A stretch of DNA of 64,000 nt from Candidatus Marinacidobacterales bacterium (GTDB taxonomy: Bacteria; Acidobacteriota; Vicinamibacteria; Marinacidobacterales; SMYC01). Each line of letters begins with the position of its first letter. Within the stretch, counting starts at the first letter, position 1. Under the pieces are notes generated by a model, which had not been told where the DNA came from, made no database searches, and saw only the letters and a program-made list of their open reading frames with translations. The translations under genes were made by a program, and so were the position numbers. Below are positions 11,296 through 21,148 of this stretch, piece by piece. The DNA is taken from positions 1,824,001 through 1,888,000 of the forward strand of contig OZ250169.1 of assembly GCA_965237955.1 (NCBI GenBank), given 5' to 3'.

Positions 11296-11326
11296 CGGGG
11301 GTGAGAGCTTCACCCCCTTTTTTTTC
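11296..11326 (+). terminator. Intrinsic terminator after the microprotein
   Basis: GGGGGTGA-GAGCT-TCACCCCC hairpin followed by a long T-run. Confidence 0.85.
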
Positions 11327-11369
11327 TCAGCTACCAGTCAAAAGCGGCCAGCTTCCAGCTGGCCGCAAA

Positions 11370-12200
11370 TCAATCCTTTAGCACGTAGCGGTGGATTGCG
11401 TCGGCAACTCCGGCGTCGTCGTTGCTTCTTGTTTCGGCGAAGCCTTTGTTTTGCAATTCTTCGACGGCGTTGGCCATCACCACGCCTAGACCTGCCGCCT
11501 CCAGCATGTCTAGGTCGTTCCAGTTGTCGCCCATGGCGAGGGTTTCGCTCATCGGGGCTCCGACATGCGTGCTCAAGAACTTCAAGGCCGATGATTTGTT
11601 GGCGTCGGCCGCTAAAACGTCGAGTAGGGCGAGATCCTCTTTGGGATACTCGGTTTTGATGATGCTCACGCTTGCGCCGGAGAGCGCGCTCGTCAGATGT
11701 TCGGCGAATTCGCGGATCTCGGTTAGTCCGGCGGCGAAGCCGATTTGTACGGGATCACGCTCGAGCACGAGGGACGGAACCCAGTTCGGAGGCGGGATCG
11801 TTTGATTCAAGTACCGTCCGACGTGGGGAAGCAGCTTGGCGTCTTCGCGAAGAATCAAGCGTCCTTCCCCGTTGGGACCGTCGTGCACGACGGGCTCGAT
11901 CCCGGCTTCGGTGGCAATGTCGAGAACCGCTTCCGCGACGTCGCGCGGCAAGAGGCAAACTCTCAGGAGCCGCCCGGCGACGCCGTTTTTGATAATGGCC
12001 CCGCTGTTCGCGACGACGAACGGATCGATCGGAAGCTTGGCGACATAGGGACGAGCTGACGGGAAGCGGCGGCCGGTGACGATCGCCACCGCCACGCCGG
12101 CATCGACGCACGCGCCAAGAGCTTGTCTGTTTTCTTCCGCGATGTCGCGCGTCGAGCTGAGTAGAGTGCCGTCGAGATCGACGGCGACGAGCCGGAACAC
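11370..12200 (-). CDS. Cof-type HAD-IIB hydrolase
   Basis: DLDGTLL, VTGR, MGDNWNDLDML...GVVMANA. Confidence 0.92.
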   Translation of the reverse strand: MFRLVAVDLDGTLLSSTRDIAEENRQALGACVDAGVAVAIVTGRRFPSARPYVAKLPIDPFVVANSGAIIKNGVAGRLLRVCLLPRDVAEAVLDIATEAGIEPVVHDGPNGEGRLILREDAKLLPHVGRYLNQTIPPPNWVPSLVLERDPVQIGFAAGLTEIREFAEHLTSALSGASVSIIKTEYPKEDLALLDVLAADANKSSALKFLSTHVGAPMSETLAMGDNWNDLDMLEAAGLGVVMANAVEELQNKGFAETRSNDDAGVADAIHRYVLKD

Positions 12201-12202
12201 TT

Positions 12203-14254
12203 CTAGGGCTCACGGTAGGGAGACGTGAAACCGTCCCAGATCGTGACGTCGACGATGGGGTCGCCGGGCTCGAGTCGGTCGACGATCTCCATCCCCGAGG
12301 TCACTTGCCCGAAAACGGTGTTGCGACCGTCGAGATCGGGTCGCGGCAAGTGGGTGATGAAGAACCGGCTTCCGCCCGTGTCCTTCCCGTGGTTCGCCAT
12401 CGCGACCGTGCCTCGCAGGATGGGGCGCCTGTTGATCTCGGAGCGAATCACATAACCAGGCCCGCCGTTGCCGTCACCTCTCGGGTCTCCTGCCTGAATG
12501 TATCCGTTGGGAACGACGTCGTGAACCGAGAGCCCGTTGTAAAAGCCGTCGCGGGCGAGCCGTACGAAGTTCCGCACCGTCATCGGCGCATCGAGCACGA
12601 AGAGCTCGAGCTCTATGACCCCAAGCTCGGTGCGAATGAAGGCCTGCGGTGAATAGCGAGGGCTAACGTAAGGTCGGTAGGTGTCGAGGCTCAATTCGCT
12701 GGGTCGAGCGCGAATCGCCGCGTTGGCGTCGCCGGCCTGCCTGGAGATCGCTGCCGCCTGGCGTCGGACGAGATAGCTCGTGTCATCGATCGCTCTGCGC
12801 GCGCTTTCAAGTCCTGACTCTGGCTCGAGCGCCGCGAACACCGCGAGAAGCCCCGCTTTGACACGCGGCTCGTCCTCGTCCGCGACGAGAAAAGCCTCGT
12901 GGACCGGCGCGGCGGCTTCGGACGCCCCGATGCTCCCGAGCGCCACCGCGGCCGCAAGTTTCTCAAACGGATCGTCCGCGGACAGATGCTGTATGAGCAC
13001 GGTCACCGCACCTTCCGGGTCGCGTCGTGCCAAAGCGGTGAGCCCGTGCGAGCGAACGCGCGCGTCCGGCTCGAGAGAGGCATCGACCATGGTGCGCAAT
13101 AGCTCCACCGCTCTTTCGCCGGTCATGCGCCCGAGTAGATCCGCGAGTGCGGCTCGCACCTCCCAGTCTAGGTCCGCGCCCACGCCCGCGAGCAATAGCC
13201 AGAAGCCCGCCGGGTCTTGTCGCGCCAACGCCGGCAAGACGAGTGCGCGTAGCCAACGGCTTTCGCTCCCCAGCCGATCCAAGAGCGGCTCGATAGCAGC
13301 CGGCGCCGACAGGGTCGTCAGCGCCTTGAGAACCACCGCTTGAACGTAGCGCGTGTCCCTTTCCAGCAACGTCAGAAGAGCCGGCACGACTTCCGGGAGT
13401 CCAATCGATGTCGCCGCACGCACCGCGGCAATGCGAACCCGCTCGTTGGGATCGGACAACATCACCCGGATGGGATCACGTGCGGTCGCGCTCGCCACCG
13501 TGCGAAGCCCGCGAGCGCTCCACAACCGAAACTCTGGATTCCTCTCGCCGGCGTAGTACGCCAGAAGCGGCGCGCGCTGATCGCCTTCGAGCTCGCTCAG
13601 CGCCCACGCGGCGGGCCACCAGACGAAGCGCGGTGTCCCGCCTTCGGTCGCGAGAATGTCCCAGCTCCAACGCAGACTTTCGAGGCGAGCCAAAGCAAGG
13701 ATTGCGAGCCTCAAGTCGTGGTGAGGATGGCGAAGCGCTGACACGTCCATGTCGTCGGCCCACTCGTAAGGCTCGGCTCCGCGCGGGACCGAGCTCGAGA
13801 TCGCCGTCGCGATCGTCTCGGCAGCGGCATCCCTTCCCTTCTTGCCGATCGTCTCGTACGCCCGCGCACGGACGGACGGGTCGTCGTCACGCGTCGCTTC
13901 CGTCAACCGGCGGAGGGCGTCCTCGGGAAGCTCCTCCTCCAACAAGCCGAGCGAGAAAGCTGCTGTCGCGCGTACGTAGGCTGTACCGTCATCGAGCAGA
14001 GGAGCGATCGCCGCCGCGGCGCCGGGCTCACCGATGCGGGCCAGCACCAGGGCGGCCCGCGCCCGGACTCGCCCGGCCTGGTCGCTCAGGTGCGCGTGCA
14101 CCTCGCCGTCCCCGAGGGAGCGTTCGTCCTCGAGCTTGAGCAAGCGAGCGAGCTTGTCTTCGAGTGTGGGCTCGACCGGGTTCGGTGTCGATGCGCAGCC
14201 GACGGTGAATAAGGCCAAAAAAAACGCGCCCGTAAGGCGCTGACGCTGTTTCAT
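12203..14254 (-). CDS. Lipoprotein with HEAT repeats and C-terminal cyclophilin-type peptidyl-prolyl isomerase
   Basis: Lipobox TVGC; repeated 'VRARAALVLARIG'-type HEAT units; APMTVRNFVRLARDGFYNG, QAGDPRGDGNGGPGY, GSRFFITH, TVFGQV. Confidence 0.88.
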   Translation of the reverse strand: MKQRQRLTGAFFLALFTVGCASTPNPVEPTLEDKLARLLKLEDERSLGDGEVHAHLSDQAGRVRARAALVLARIGEPGAAAAIAPLLDDGTAYVRATAAFSLGLLEEELPEDALRRLTEATRDDDPSVRARAYETIGKKGRDAAAETIATAISSSVPRGAEPYEWADDMDVSALRHPHHDLRLAILALARLESLRWSWDILATEGGTPRFVWWPAAWALSELEGDQRAPLLAYYAGERNPEFRLWSARGLRTVASATARDPIRVMLSDPNERVRIAAVRAATSIGLPEVVPALLTLLERDTRYVQAVVLKALTTLSAPAAIEPLLDRLGSESRWLRALVLPALARQDPAGFWLLLAGVGADLDWEVRAALADLLGRMTGERAVELLRTMVDASLEPDARVRSHGLTALARRDPEGAVTVLIQHLSADDPFEKLAAAVALGSIGASEAAAPVHEAFLVADEDEPRVKAGLLAVFAALEPESGLESARRAIDDTSYLVRRQAAAISRQAGDANAAIRARPSELSLDTYRPYVSPRYSPQAFIRTELGVIELELFVLDAPMTVRNFVRLARDGFYNGLSVHDVVPNGYIQAGDPRGDGNGGPGYVIRSEINRRPILRGTVAMANHGKDTGGSRFFITHLPRPDLDGRNTVFGQVTSGMEIVDRLEPGDPIVDVTIWDGFTSPYREP

Positions 14255-14330
14255 GAGGCGCAATTATAGCCCGGAGCCGAGCAAGTCGACCCGTTCCCCT
14301 GCCCTTGCCTCTGCCCCTGCCCGTCCCCGT

Positions 14331-15417
14331 TGCCTTGGTGCACAACTCGCGATCTCGGTCCACAATTGTCCTTTACTCACGGATTCGAGGTTCCCCATGA
14401 GCATTTTCAAACGCACTCAGCGGAAGTATGTGAAGAAGGCCTATCGCGTGAGGAATTGGCGTGAATATGAGGCGGGTCTACGCAACCGTGGGAGCCTGAC
14501 CGTCTGGATCTCGCTCACCGCCGGCAAGCTTGTGAACTGGGACGCGCCCCGGCCGAGGAGGAGGAAACCGGGCCGTCAACGCAAGTACTCGAACCACGCC
14601 ATCGAGACGGCTGTCACCCTGGGCATGGTGTTTCATCTGTCATCTAGGCAGAGCGAGGGATTGCTGCGATCGTTGTTCGCTCTGATGAAGCTAGACAATG
14701 ATGTGCCCGATCACACCACGATTTCGAGGCGCAAGGCGAAGCTGGGTAAGGTCCCCTTCTACCAAGACAAGCAGAAGACGCCGTTGCACATCTTGATCGA
14801 CAGCAGCGGTCTCGCTGCCCACGCCGGCCAGCTGCGCAGAGCACCAAAGAGCAGGGACTATCGCAAGCTCCATCTGTGTGTCGACGAGCAGAGTGGCGAA
14901 GTCGTCGCCGGCGAGCTGACGAGCAAAAGAGCCCGCGATTCATCGCGGGTTGCATCGCTTGTCGGACAGATCGACAGTCCCATCTCATCGGCCAGAGCTG
15001 ACACCGCATACGACGCCAGCGGCGTCTATGAGGCGATCGAGAATCACAGCGCTCATCGCTCGCCGAGGGTGCTGATACCGCCGCGCAAGGGCGCCCAGCT
15101 CGCATCGGGGCCGGCGAGCAGCCGACAGCGCAATCGCAACATTGCAGCACAAGCTCGGCTCGGCAAACGAAAGTGGCACACAGAATCGGGCTACAGCAAA
15201 CGGAGCAAAGTCGAGACAACGTTCCATCGCTACAAGGCTATCGTGGGCTCAGCGATGCGAGCGAGAGGGTTGGCGGCACAGAGAGTCGAGGCAAGGATCG
15301 GGTGCAAGATTCTCAACACCATGACGGCGCTCGGGATGCCTGATAGCGAGATGATCGGATGATGGGAGTCGGGGCCAAGCGAGCTCTCGGCCTCTATCGG
15401 AGTTGTGCACCAAGGCA
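14331..15417 (+). mobile_element. IS5-family (IS903 group) insertion sequence
   Basis: Perfect 18-bp TIR TGCCTTGGTGCACAACTC / GAGTTGTGCACCAAGGCA; no target duplication seen. Confidence 0.9.
14397..15362 (+). CDS. IS5 (IS903-like) DDE transposase
   Basis: YRVRNWREYEAGLRNRGSLTVW, PDHTTISRR, IDSSGL, RKLHL, ADTAYD, YSKRSKVETTFHRYK. Confidence 0.94.
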   Translation: MSIFKRTQRKYVKKAYRVRNWREYEAGLRNRGSLTVWISLTAGKLVNWDAPRPRRRKPGRQRKYSNHAIETAVTLGMVFHLSSRQSEGLLRSLFALMKLDNDVPDHTTISRRKAKLGKVPFYQDKQKTPLHILIDSSGLAAHAGQLRRAPKSRDYRKLHLCVDEQSGEVVAGELTSKRARDSSRVASLVGQIDSPISSARADTAYDASGVYEAIENHSAHRSPRVLIPPRKGAQLASGPASSRQRNRNIAAQARLGKRKWHTESGYSKRSKVETTFHRYKAIVGSAMRARGLAAQRVEARIGCKILNTMTALGMPDSEMIG

Positions 15418-15683
15418 GCATAAAGGCCTCCGCTGAGCTCGAAGCACTCCCGAGCGCAGAAAAGAAAGGATGTATGGTTCCCCGAGCTCACAACCGTCCC
15501 AGTCATTCTGGCGCGGGCTGTTCGATAATAGTGACATCTGCTTCAGCCAGAAGGCTCGAACAGCGATCTGGCCGTTGGGGAGAACCGGAGGGTTCCCGAT
15601 CCCGCACCCGGGCGCGTCGCTCCCGCGCTTGAGTTATCCCTGCAGGCGCCGTTACAATCGCGTGTCAGGGAGGACTTATCGCG

Positions 15684-15995
15684 ATGGGAACCTTTCACAA
15701 GGTCGCAGAGACAAAGAACCTTGCCCCCGGGCAGGGTATGGCCGTCGAGGTCGCCGGAAACAAGATCGCTCTTTTCAACGTAGATGGGACCTGCTACGCG
15801 ATCGCGGACACCTGCACGCACCGTGGAGGCCCTCTGTCCGAGGGATCACTCGAGGGCAGCACGGTGACCTGTCCGTGGCACGGAGCCAACTTCGATGTCT
15901 GCACTGGCAAGAACCTGACGCCACCCGCGCCAGCGGAAGTGACATCCTACAACGTGCGAGTCGAAGGGGACGACGTCGAAGTCGAGATATCGTAG
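15684..15995 (+). CDS. Rieske [2Fe-2S] ferredoxin (dioxygenase ferredoxin-type)
   Basis: CTHRGGPL...CPWHGANFD; GGAGG SD. Confidence 0.93.
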   Translation: MGTFHKVAETKNLAPGQGMAVEVAGNKIALFNVDGTCYAIADTCTHRGGPLSEGSLEGSTVTCPWHGANFDVCTGKNLTPPAPAEVTSYNVRVEGDDVEVEIS

Positions 15996-16001
15996 GAATT
16001 C

Positions 16002-16346
16002 ATGGGTACGTTGATTCAGGAAAAGTGCGTCGCCTGCCGACGCGACGCGCCAAGGCTCAACGACTCAGAGATCGCGCACCTGAAGCCCGAAACCCCGGAG
16101 TGGCAGGTCCTGTCTGAGGAGAACATCCCGCGCCTCAACCGCGTCTTCAGCTTCAAGAACTTTGCCGAAGCGCTGGCGTTTACGCAGAAGGTCGCCGAGC
16201 TGGCTGAAAGCGAGGGTCACCATCCAGCGATCCTCACCGAGTGGGGTCGCGTCACGGTCTCTTGGTGGACCCACAAGATACAAGGCCTACACCGCAACGA
16301 TTTCATCATGGCCGCCAAGACCGACGCCTTTTACGGCATGCACTGA
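16002..16346 (+). CDS. phhB: Pterin-4-alpha-carbinolamine dehydratase
   Basis: [35 protein letters not shown]. Confidence 0.92.
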   Translation: MGTLIQEKCVACRRDAPRLNDSEIAHLKPETPEWQVLSEENIPRLNRVFSFKNFAEALAFTQKVAELAESEGHHPAILTEWGRVTVSWWTHKIQGLHRNDFIMAAKTDAFYGMH

Positions 16347-16471
16347 TGACCGGCGACGCGTGCTGTCCTCACCGAGGGGAGGATTCCAGGCGAGCGACTA
16401 CCCTCAAGGATGAGTGGAAAAGCGTCGCTCAGGAACTCGCTGCCGAAGCGACCTTGAGAGTCCGAGCCTAA

Positions 16472-18397
16472 GGGCCGCCGACAAAATAACTGTCTAGTTT
16501 TGAGCACACTCTTCCTGTTTCAGATCGTGATCGCGATGTCGTCTGGCATCACGAGAGCCTGGCAAGCTCCCTAGAAACGGAACATTTGTAGATCTTCAGC
16601 AACCAGCGCGTGTTTGACAAACGGTCCTCATTTTAGGGAGGATTACGCCTATCAAGGAGCACTTCTCCTATTATGAGACCTACGAGCTATCAGTCTGAAG
16701 ATCTCGACCGCCTGTTGAGGAAGCACAAAATAGCTACCCTCGATGATTTGAAGGCAGTGTTGGGTACCGATGTGGACTCGACCGTCTTCCGAAAGCTCAA
16801 TGAGTTGGCGTATCGGACAAGCTACTCCCACCGTGGTAGCTACTACACGTTGGACGAGATCGCCCAGTTCGATCGAAAAGGTCTTTGGTCGTTGCGCTCA
16901 GTGTGGTTCTCGAAGTACGGGACGTTGCTTGCGACGGTAAAAGCGTTGGTCGCGGCCTGTGAGGCAGGCTACTACGTCGACGAGCTCGAGGACGTGGTGC
17001 AGGTTGACGTCAAGGCTCCTCTGTTGAAACTGGTCCGAGAGAAAAGATTGGCGCGCGAGCAGGTGTTCGGCCGATATCTGTATCTGGCCACCGATGTGAG
17101 CACGCGCAAGCAACAGCTCTCGGCCCGCCAGGTACATGAGGCGTCACCTTCCACGTTGGGCTGGGTCGGGGGAGTCCGCGTGCTCCCCGTGGAGTTGAAG
17201 GCTGCGATCGTTCTTTTCTACAGCCTGCTCGATGAAAAGCAGCGCCGTCTCTACGCGGGAGTCGAGGCCATGAAGCTCGGTCACGGTGGCGACCAACAGA
17301 TTGCCGAACTGCTCGGGATGGATCCGAGCACGGTAGCCAGAGGTCGTAGGGAATTGCTAATGAGAGATGTTGAGCTCGACGGAGTTCGGCGAAAGGGTGG
17401 CGGACGGCGCGCCGTGCAAAAAAAACGCCAGAAGTCATCGCCAAGATCGAAGAACTCATGAAGCACGACACCGCGGGCGATCCGATGACGGGAGTGAAAT
17501 GGACGCGGCGGACCACCGACAAGATTGCTTGCGAGCTAAGAAGCCTCGGTGTGAACGTCAGCAGCAAAACCGTCGGTCGACTGCTCAAACAGCTCGGCTT
17601 CTCGTTGCGGGTGAACCACAAGAAGCTGTGCGGTGCCACGTCCGAAGATCGCGATACCCAATTCGCGTGTATCGCCGAACTGCGCGAGCGTTTTGCCGCA
17701 GCTGGTCATCCCATCATCAGCGTAGACACGAAGAAACGGGAGCTGGTGGGATTATTCAAAAACGGCGGGCAGGCCTGGAACCGCGAGCCGACTCTCGTCA
17801 AAGACCATGACTTCCGTTCCGAATCGAACGGCATCGCAATCCCCTACGGCGTCTACGATCTGCTCGCGAACCGCGGGACAGTGTTCATTGGTACCTCGTA
17901 CAACACCCCGGACTTCGCCGTGAATGCCATCGAGAAGTGGTGGCGAACGGAAGGACGGCGACGCTATCCTGCAGCCCGTGACCTCGCGATATTGGCAGAC
18001 GCCGGGGGCAGCAATGGCTATCGGTGTCGGGGTTGGAAGCACGGGCTTCAAACGCGGATTTGCAATCGCCACGACATCGCTATCACCATAGCCCACTATC
18101 CGTCCGGTACATCCAAGTGGAATCCAGTGGAGCACCGTCTGTTCAGCGAGATCAGCAAGAACTGGGCGGGCAGGCCTCTCGACAGCTACGAAACCATCCT
18201 CAAATACATCCGCACGACCACCACCTCTTCCGGTTTGCGGGTACGCGCACACCTTATCCGGCGTCGTTATCCGAAGGGCGTCAAAATCACTGACGAGCGG
18301 ATGCAGGCGCTTTCCGTTACAAAGGACCAGACTCTACCCAAATGGAACTACACCATCCGACCGTCTTGAAAACGGGAACTTATTTTGTCGCCGGCCC
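16472..18397 (+). mobile_element. ISAzo13-family insertion sequence (1926 bp)
   Basis: TIRs GGGCCGCCGACAAAATAA / TTATTTTGTCGCCGGCCC; 3-bp DR TAA (16469-16471, 18398-18400). Confidence 0.9.
16673..18369 (+). CDS. ISAzo13 transposase, two ORFs (16673-17461, 17458-18369) joined by a probable programmed -1 frameshift
   Basis: LDEKQRRLYAG, TAGDPM, ISVDTKKRELVG, HYPSGTSKWNPVEHRLFS. A8 slippery run at 17418-17425; the -1 frame continues TPEVIAKIEELMKHDTAGDPM. Confidence 0.9.
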
Positions 18398-18462
18398 TAA
18401 GGGAAATTCTTAGGCTAAACTCATTTCAAAGGTTTGTCCGTCTTTTCCAATCCAGAGTCACC

Positions 18463-20155
18463 ATGATCCCGAACGCCGAGCAGTTGAGAGCCATCTCGCA
18501 GATGACCAAGGGGGACTTGGGCGAGATCCCCTTTCCGGTGCTCTTACAAGCGCTCGCCGTCCACAAACGCTCGGTAGTCCTCAGTATCGAGAGACGGCAG
18601 CTCAAAAAAGAGATCATTCTCGAGAACGGGATTCCTGTCGACTGCCATTCCAACCTGCTCCAGGACACCCTCGGGAAGTTCATGGTGGCGCGGGGCGCCC
18701 TTCATGGTGAGCAGAATCATCAAACTCTCAGCCAGAGCGCCACCACCGGGCAGCCGTTCGCTGAGATCCTGGTCGCGGACGGTCTGATCAACGCCTCCGA
18801 GCTCTACAAGATCCTCCAGCAGAACCTGGCGAAAAAGCTCCTCGACGGCTTCTCGTGGCGAAGCGGTACGTTCCAAGTTTCCACCAACTTGCCGCAGGTC
18901 GACTCACCGCTCAAGGTCAAAGCGCCTCAGCTCGTGCTCACCGGAATCTCGAAGTTCGCTCCCGAGGACGAGATCGCGGAAGCGATCGCCGGCCTCGAGG
19001 GAAAGCGGATCCTGTTCAACCCCAGACCCCCGTTCCCGCTCAAGGAGCTCCGCCTCACCAAGGATCATCAGGAGATTCTCGGGCTGGTCTCGCTCGGGAA
19101 GACGACCGAGGAGCTCGAGGCGGAATCGGGAATGGAGAAGGCCAAAGTGTTGCGCCTGCTCTACGCTCTCGCCGTGATTGGCGTGGCCTTGCCTGAAGAC
19201 TGGATCGTTCACGACGCCGTCGAGGCCACACCCGATATGGATTTTGCCGGGGTTGGTGGACGCTGAGCCAGAACCGGCTCCCGCGGCTACGACGCCGGCC
19301 GTGGACGTCGACAAGCTCAAAAACGAAGTCATGGAGGCTTATCTGCTTCACCGCAAGCAAGACGCGTTCGATCTTCTCGGTATCGCGGACGATGCGACCC
19401 GGGACCAGGTCGACGAGGCGTATTTGGCATTCGGTGAGAAATACGCTCCGTGGACTATGAGCCAGCCGGGCCTCGAAAGCCTGACAGAGAAGGCGCGCGA
19501 CCTGTTCATCGCTGGCGGCCGAGCGTTCGGCGAGCTGTGTAACCCGAAGACGCGGAACTCGCTCGTCGCGCGGCGCAACAGCGCGTTCAAGGAGAAGCTC
19601 GTTCCGGAAGAGGCGCGGAACGCTTTCGCCATCAAGTCGAACCTTCTCGATTCCGAAACGCAGTTCAATAAGGGCGTCGAGCTCATGAAGGAGGGCCAGT
19701 ACGCCGACGCCATCGAGCAACTACAATTCGCGTACGACTGTGAGCCCCAGAACAGCGAGTACCGTGCCGAGCTCGCTTTCTGCAAATACCGCAAGGACTC
19801 TCAAATCGAAAAGGACAACTCCCTCCAAGAGCTACGAGAGACGCTGCGCATCGAACCGGACTCCGGGCTCGCGCTCTACTATGCCGGCACGATCTACGGC
19901 GAGACTGGAGACTTCGCGAACGCCGAGCCGTTCCTGCAACGAGCGATCAAGCTCATGCAACCCGATCGCCGTCCTATCGATGCGCTGAGGCAATTCAAAA
20001 CCGCCGAGAGAGACAAACCTTTAAAAAGCGCCGCTTCTTTTAGCTACGAAAAGACTCAACGCAAAGGCGCAACGTCGCCAAGGCGCAAAGAGGTCCTCGC
20101 CGAGAGAGAACACTTTGCGTCCTTGCGTCCTTGCGTCTTGGCGTCTTTGCGTTAG
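18463..20155 (+). CDS. DUF4388-like N-terminus + J-like domain + TPR protein, split by a +1 frameshift near 19241
   Basis: KGDLGEIPFPVLL...FSWRSGTF (DUF4388/PATAN-like); 'AFDLLGIADDATRDQVDEAY' J-like helix without HPD; TPRs. Removing one T (GATTTTG to GATTTG) fuses the ORFs. The true end may be near 20043 (…KKRRFF*). Confidence 0.7.
20058..20153. repeat. REP-like element built of 8-mer (CGCAAAGG/CTTTGCG) inverted arrays
   Basis: AACGCAAAGGCGCAA...CTTTGCGTCCTTGCGTCCTTGCGTCTTGGCGTCTTTGCGTT; same family at 44205-44291 and 48686-48762. Confidence 0.75.
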
Positions 20156-20177
20156 TTCTTTTACGCGGCGAATGAGG

Positions 20178-21011
20178 TCACTTGCGGCGGGTGGTTTTTG
20201 GGGCCCTTTTAGGCTGGGGGACGAAATCCTTGCCGATCTTGGTCTCGAAGCCGGCCGCCTGGCGGTGGCCTCCGTTTTGAAACTGCTGCGCGATGCGAGA
20301 CACATCGAAGTCTTCACGAGAGCGAAGCGACCACTGCCGAATCCCGTCTCCGCGATCGAAATAGATGACGGCAAAAGGAGCGTCGTGGCGCTTCAAGAGC
20401 TCTGCGCCTACTTCGGAGCCGAGCACGGCGGCATTCACGACCGGAACCCGATATCCCGCTAGGGTCTCGAAACGAACCTGATCACACAGAAGTGCGACTT
20501 GCTGGCGCTTGTACCGCAAGATGGGCTCGCCCTCGTCCGCGAGCTCGGCGATGTCGAGGTCGTTCCAGACTCGGAAATCCATGCGGTAAGCGCTCAGCGC
20601 GGCGAATACCTCGCGGCTTCGGGGTAGCTGGTGAAGCCAAAGATCGCTATCCATCACATAGCGTAGAAGCTCGGGTACCGGTCTTCCGGTGTTGAAGAAC
20701 TCCCACGCGAGCACCGCGCCGCTCTTTTCGTTGTCGAAGATCGCGTATTCGAGCCCCTCGAGCTCCTCCTCCGCCGTTTGGTGATGGTCGATCACGGTGA
20801 GCGCTTCGAAGCGCTCTCGCATCTTCACGATGACGTGGCGCGGGTAGCAGAAGTCCAGAATATAGACGGTCGCGCCGTCTGGCAGCGCGGGCGGGGGATT
20901 GCCGTGGCGCACGGGAAGATAGTCGGCGTCGTCGCCGAGCTTCTGCCAGGCGGCCCACGCCGCGCCGAATCCGTCAGCGCAATGCGCATGGTAGAGGACG
21001 ATGGGTTGCAC
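20178..21011 (-). CDS. DHH/DHHA1 family phosphoesterase
   Basis: YHAHCADGFGAA, ILDF, VIDHH, SLRS, GGHRQAAGF. Confidence 0.9.
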   Translation of the reverse strand: MQPIVLYHAHCADGFGAAWAAWQKLGDDADYLPVRHGNPPPALPDGATVYILDFCYPRHVIVKMRERFEALTVIDHHQTAEEELEGLEYAIFDNEKSGAVLAWEFFNTGRPVPELLRYVMDSDLWLHQLPRSREVFAALSAYRMDFRVWNDLDIAELADEGEPILRYKRQQVALLCDQVRFETLAGYRVPVVNAAVLGSEVGAELLKRHDAPFAVIYFDRGDGIRQWSLRSREDFDVSRIAQQFQNGGHRQAAGFETKIGKDFVPQPKRAPKTTRRK

Positions 21012-21148
21012 AGGCTCGATCCTAACTCAAGATGTGGCCGTCAGCAGAGCGCTGTGCTAGGATTCCGGGTTCTGGCGCCGTATCCTCGCGGTTCTCGCAC
21101 AGGGCCTAGATACCCAAAAATGACACCTGAGAAACTCTCTAGGAAAGG

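Noticed and set aside
20058-20153. Possible CRISPR array from repeated CTTGCGTC units
   Set aside because: Units are 8-mers in inverted arrays without spacers, and there are no cas genes; this is REP-like.
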